From: Macrostomum lignano
Taxonomy: Eukaryota
Reading direction: 5' to 3'
Assembly: GCA_002269645.1 (NCBI GenBank)
Contig: NIVC01002076.1
Span: 1 to 64,000, forward strand
DNA length: 64,000 nt
Below are positions 59,930 through 64,000 of this stretch, one piece after another. The translations under genes and the position numbers were made by a program. Each line of letters opens with the position of its first letter. The first letter of the stretch is position 1. Below the pieces are notes generated by a model that was given only the letters and a program-made list of their open reading frames with translations, ran no database searches and was not told where the DNA came from.

Positions 59930-61930
59930 CTATATCCTGTTCTTCTTTCTAGACCTATTTTCTTTTTGAAAAATTTACCTCCTCTTCCTTCCAATATTAC
60001 TCCTTTCTTTATTTTAGCCCCATCATGTCTTCCCCTTGAATCCTTATTCTCTCCTCTTCACTACCTACCTTCTCTTTTCTAGTTCTTACTTTCCTCATTT
60101 CTAGCCCTTACTCTCTTCTCCTCTCCAGCCTAACCCTCCTAGCCTCACCTCTTCCTCCAGCCCCACCTAAACCTCTTTGAACCTCTAGCCCCATCTTTTT
60201 TTCTTTCCAGCCCTATCCTCCTCCACTCTAGTCTCATCCTACCTTCCAGTCTTATCCTTCTTTCTAGCCTCACCCTCCTCCCTTTCAAGCCCTACCCTCC
60301 TTCCCTGCACCACCACCCTCCTTCTCTCCAGCCCTACCCTCCCTCCCTGCAACACTACCCTCCTTCCCTCCAGCCCTATCCTCCCTCCCTGCTACCCTGC
60401 TTTCCTTCTAGCCCTACCTTTTTCCCCTACTACCCCGCATTCCCCTCCAGCTTCCATCTTCTATCCTCTAGCCCAACCCTTCAGCCCTATCCTTCCCTCT
60501 AACCCTACCCCCTTTCCCTCCAGCCCTACCCTCCTTCTCTGCAGCACCACCCTCCTACCCTCTAGCCCCACCCTCCTTCTCTCTAGCCCACCCTCCTTCC
60601 CTCTAGCCCACCCTCCTTCCCTCTAGCCCTACCCTCCTTCCCTCTAGCCCTACCCTCCTTTCCTCCAGCCCCACTCTCCTTCCCTCCAGCCCCACTCTCC
60701 TTCCCTCCAGCCCCACCCTCCTTCCCTCCAGCCCGACTCTCCTTCCCTCAAGCCCTGCCCTCTTCCCCTACTGCCCCACGCTCCCCTCCAGCTTCCATCC
60801 TCTTCTACCCTCTAGCCCCACCCTCTTACCCTTCAGCCCCATCCTTCCCTCTAACCCTACCCCCTTTCCCTCCAGCCCTACCCTCCTTCCCTCCAGCCCT
60901 ACCCTCCTTCCCTCCAGCCCCACTCTCCTTCCCTCCATCCCCACCCTCCTTCCCTCTAGCCCTGCCCTCCTCCTCGACTTTCCACCCTCCCTTCCAGCTT
61001 CCACCCTCTCCTCCCTCCAGGACCCACCCTCCCTCCTTCTAGCCCTACCCTCCTTCCCTCCAGCCCCACTCGCCTTCCCTCTAGCCCACCCTCCTTCCCT
61101 CTAGCCCTACCCTCCTTCCCTCCAGCCCCACTCTCCTTCCCTCCAGCCCCACCCTCCTTCCCTCCAGCCCGACACTCCTTCCCTCCAGCCCCACTCTCCT
61201 TCCCTCAAGCCCCGCCCTCTTCCTTTACTGCCCCACGCTCCCCTCCAGCTTCCATCCTCTTCCACCCTCTAGCCCCACCCTCTTACCCTTCCACCCCATC
61301 CTTCCCTCTAACCCTACCCCCTTTCCCTCCAGCCCCACTCGCCTTAGCTCCAGCCCCACCCTCCCTCCCTCTAGCCCTACCCTCCTTCCCTCCAGCCACA
61401 CCCTCCTTCCCTCCAGCCCTGCTCTCCTTTCCTCTAGCCCCACTCTCCTTCCCTCCAGCCCCACTCTCCTTCCCTCCAGCCCCACCCTCCTTCCCTCCAG
61501 CCACACCCTCCTTCCCTCCAGCCCTGCTCTCCTTTCCTCTAGCCCCACTCTCCTTCCCTCCAGCCCCACTCTCCTTCCCTCCAGCCCCACCCTCCTTCCC
61601 TCCAGCCCTACCCTCCTTCTCTGCAGCACCACCCTCCTTCCCTCCAGCCCGACTCTCCTTCCCTCAAGCCCCGCCCTCTTCCCCTACTGCCCCACGCTCC
61701 CCTCCAGCTTCCATCCTCTTCTACCCTCTAGCCCCACCCTCTTACCCTTTAGCCCCATCCTTCCTTCCAGCACCACCGCCTTCTTTCCCCAACCCCAACC
61801 TCTCCTCCCCTCGAGTGCTCAGCCTCTCCTCCCCTCAAGTGCTCAGCCTCTCCTCCCCTCGAGTGCTCAGCCTCTCCTCCCCTCAAGTGCTCAGCCTCTC
61901 CTCCCCTCCAGCCTCACCCTCTCCTCCCCC
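59930..61930 (+). repeat. Pyrimidine-rich tract copy in arm C
   Basis: Reverse complement of 11500-13520. Confidence 0.9.
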
Positions 61931-62157
61931 AGCATGAACATCTTCGCCCCTACTGGCCCACCCTTCGCCCCTGCAGTCCCCACCCTATTCTCCTTTTCAG
62001 CCTCACCCTTTTTTCGTAGCTTTGTTAATTAAATTTAATTATCCGTTTTAGAAGTAAAAACGAATATTTCTCCTTCCTCTCTTCAGAATCTCCTCGATGG
62101 GGAGAAAAAGATAAGGCCAAGGCAAAACCTAACAATAGCAAACCAAGCAATGGAGAC

Positions 62158-62740
62158 AATGCTACGGAGGGCCCTGCCAACAGGATGAGTACGGCTTTCT
62201 ACTTCCTACCGAACAAACAGCCGCCAATCGGAGAAGCGGCTGTCACTCCTGGGTTACGCCGACGACCTGGCGCTGCCCGCCTCTACGGCTGAGGGAGCCC
62301 CAGCGCATGCTAGACAGCCTGGTGGCAGCTGCGGCATCGGTCGGGCATCAACACCGAGAAGACGAGGTGATGACTGTACCCGCGGAGCTGCCTATCAAAA
62401 TCACCTGCTGGGACGCCCGACGGTTGTGCAGCAGCTCTACCTCGTTGCACCCTCGCTGCGACTACCCAGCGAGACCTTCCGCAGGCGAAGACTTCAGCTG
62501 GTGGGCCACACCATCCGCGTGGAGGCCTACTGTTCTCAACCATTGAACCAGTGCAGGACGTCCTGCTGCTCACGATGCAGGGCCCCTGGCGCCGGGATTA
62601 CGGCCGGGCGGGTCGCTACGCGGATTGCCTGCTGGATGACGCTGGGTGATCGGCCAGGCGCACGCTGTTGTCGCTTTCAGAGAGTTAGCACTGAAAGAAC
62701 TGATCTGACACTGCCTCCCATTGTGAACTGTTACTCTTAA
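62158..62740 (+). mobile_element. Same LINE RT fragment in arm C
   Basis: TACGCCGACGAC (YADD) at 62255-62266; frameshifted. Confidence 0.8.
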
Positions 62741-63644
62741 CTCAACCTTGCCTTGTTGTTTTCTCTTCAGAATAATTTGCCCAGCTGCAAACTGTGATGG
62801 TGCATATCTCGTACTCGCGATTAAAAAATCTTATACTTCTTACTGTTTCACTGATTTAATTCCGAACCAACCAGGAAAACAAATTTATTTTTAATTCCGT
62901 GCATTTTTCTTGTGCTTTACTTTTACTGATCGGTGTTAGTGCTATTTATTGTGTGTAATATTATCGAAAAATTCAATTTCCGATGTCATTATTTAGGAAC
63001 TTCCGCTGTGCTGTATTAAAACTATATAGTACTTCCGCATGCACTGACGTAGCATTGCGCCAATAATTTTACATTGCGTGACGCAGGCGCCTAAACCAAT
63101 CTTTTGTTGAATGCTACTAGCATAATAATCCTTTGAAATACATTGTATTGCTATACTGCATTGCTTTTGATGATCTAAACGAGACTAGCTAGACTCCTCA
63201 CTGATCCATACGAGTATGCTCCTCAGTCCTCAAGCGAACTACGAGTATATGGAAACGAGAGCAGATTGAGCTAGCAGCAAACTTAGTATTTGATCTTCGG
63301 ATCACGGATAGAATCAAGAAAATGTAGATCTGGCACTTACACAAAAGTCCTTGATTTAATGGAATACAGCAATTTTCAATCTGTCACTTTTTCAACTTCA
63401 ACTTTTTTAAATTTGGATTGGCGCAAGTCTCCTTTACATCGTCAAAAGCAATACTGGTTCCAATCCAAGAGAATGATTTGTTGATAACTGTATTTCACTC
63501 TTTGAGCTGAACGCTGTGTTTGACCATTATTTTGTTGGTGTACAGCGTGCAACAGATCGCATGAATTGGTAAATTTCCTTTCATGCGCTCCTTTCATCCT
63601 ATAATTCTGGTAGGGGGCGCTGCTGTTGCAAAGAGCGGCGGTGG

Positions 63645-64000
63645 ATAGCGGAGCTGTTGCAGGAGCTGCGGCAGATAGCGGAGCTGTTGCAGGAGCTGCG
63701 GCAGATAGCGGAGCTGTTGCAGGAGCTGCGGCAGATAGCGGAGCTGTTGCAGGAGCTGCGGCAGATAGCGGAGCTGTTGCAGGAGCTGCGGCAGATAGCG
63801 GAGCTGTTGCAGGAGCTGCGGCAGATAGCGGAGCTGTTGCAGGAGCTGCGGCAGATAGCGGAGCTGTTGCAGGAGCTGCGGCAGATAGCGGAGCTGTTGC
63901 AGGAGCTGCGGCAGATAGCGGAGCTGTTGCAGGAGCTGCGGCAGATAGCGGAGCTGTTACAGGAGCTGCGGCAGATAGCGGAGCTGTTACAGGAGCTGCG
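63645..64000 (+). repeat. 30-bp minisatellite start (arm C, truncated)
   Basis: 10 G-variant units then 2 A-variant units, the same order as in arm A. Confidence 0.97.

Larger units (their letters stand above)
58767..64000 (+). repeat. Large repeat arm C (right-truncated by the window)
   Basis: Starts CCATCAGTGTCACAAACACG; reverse complement of ~9430-14660; direct copy of 1-~3560 from ~60420. Confidence 0.95.

Noticed and set aside
6735-64000. Polinton/Maverick or other autonomous giant transposon bounded by arms B and C
   Set aside because: No integrase, pPolB, capsid or intact transposase between the arms; the contents are ordinary host genes.

Overview
Eukaryotic (animal) genomic DNA; the GC-rich exons and minisatellite-filled introns resemble a free-living flatworm such as Macrostomum, but that is inference. 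A 44.1-kb single-copy block (14661-58766) holds four genes: an 8-exon PICALM/AP180-family ANTH protein, a 5-exon CDK1 (PSTAVRE), a 3-exon MPPE1/PGAP5 metallophosphoesterase (all + strand), and an intronless class A GPCR (- strand). Nearly every intron is filled by its own tandem repeat, including a 12.2-kb 25/27-bp satellite. The block is flanked by multi-kb inverted repeats: arm B (6735-14660, -) and arm C (58767-64000+, +). A third copy, arm A (1-4993, +), faces B across a 1.74-kb spacer. A and C share the same minisatellite variant order, which B lacks, so the window looks like slightly more than one turn of a ~60.4-kb tandem or circular unit with a plastid-like large single-copy / IR / small single-copy / IR layout; an assembly origin is not excluded. 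The arms and spacer are a mosaic of decayed elements (LINE RT with YADD, RNase H, Tc1 transposase), a purine/pyrimidine tract and a 30-bp minisatellite. Other points of note: an inverted pair of Penelope-type hammerhead ribozyme motifs, a foldback MITE, a D-box-like tail on CDK1, no in-frame ATG for MPPE1, and recurrent TpG/TpA (CpA/TpA) variation across unrelated repeats.
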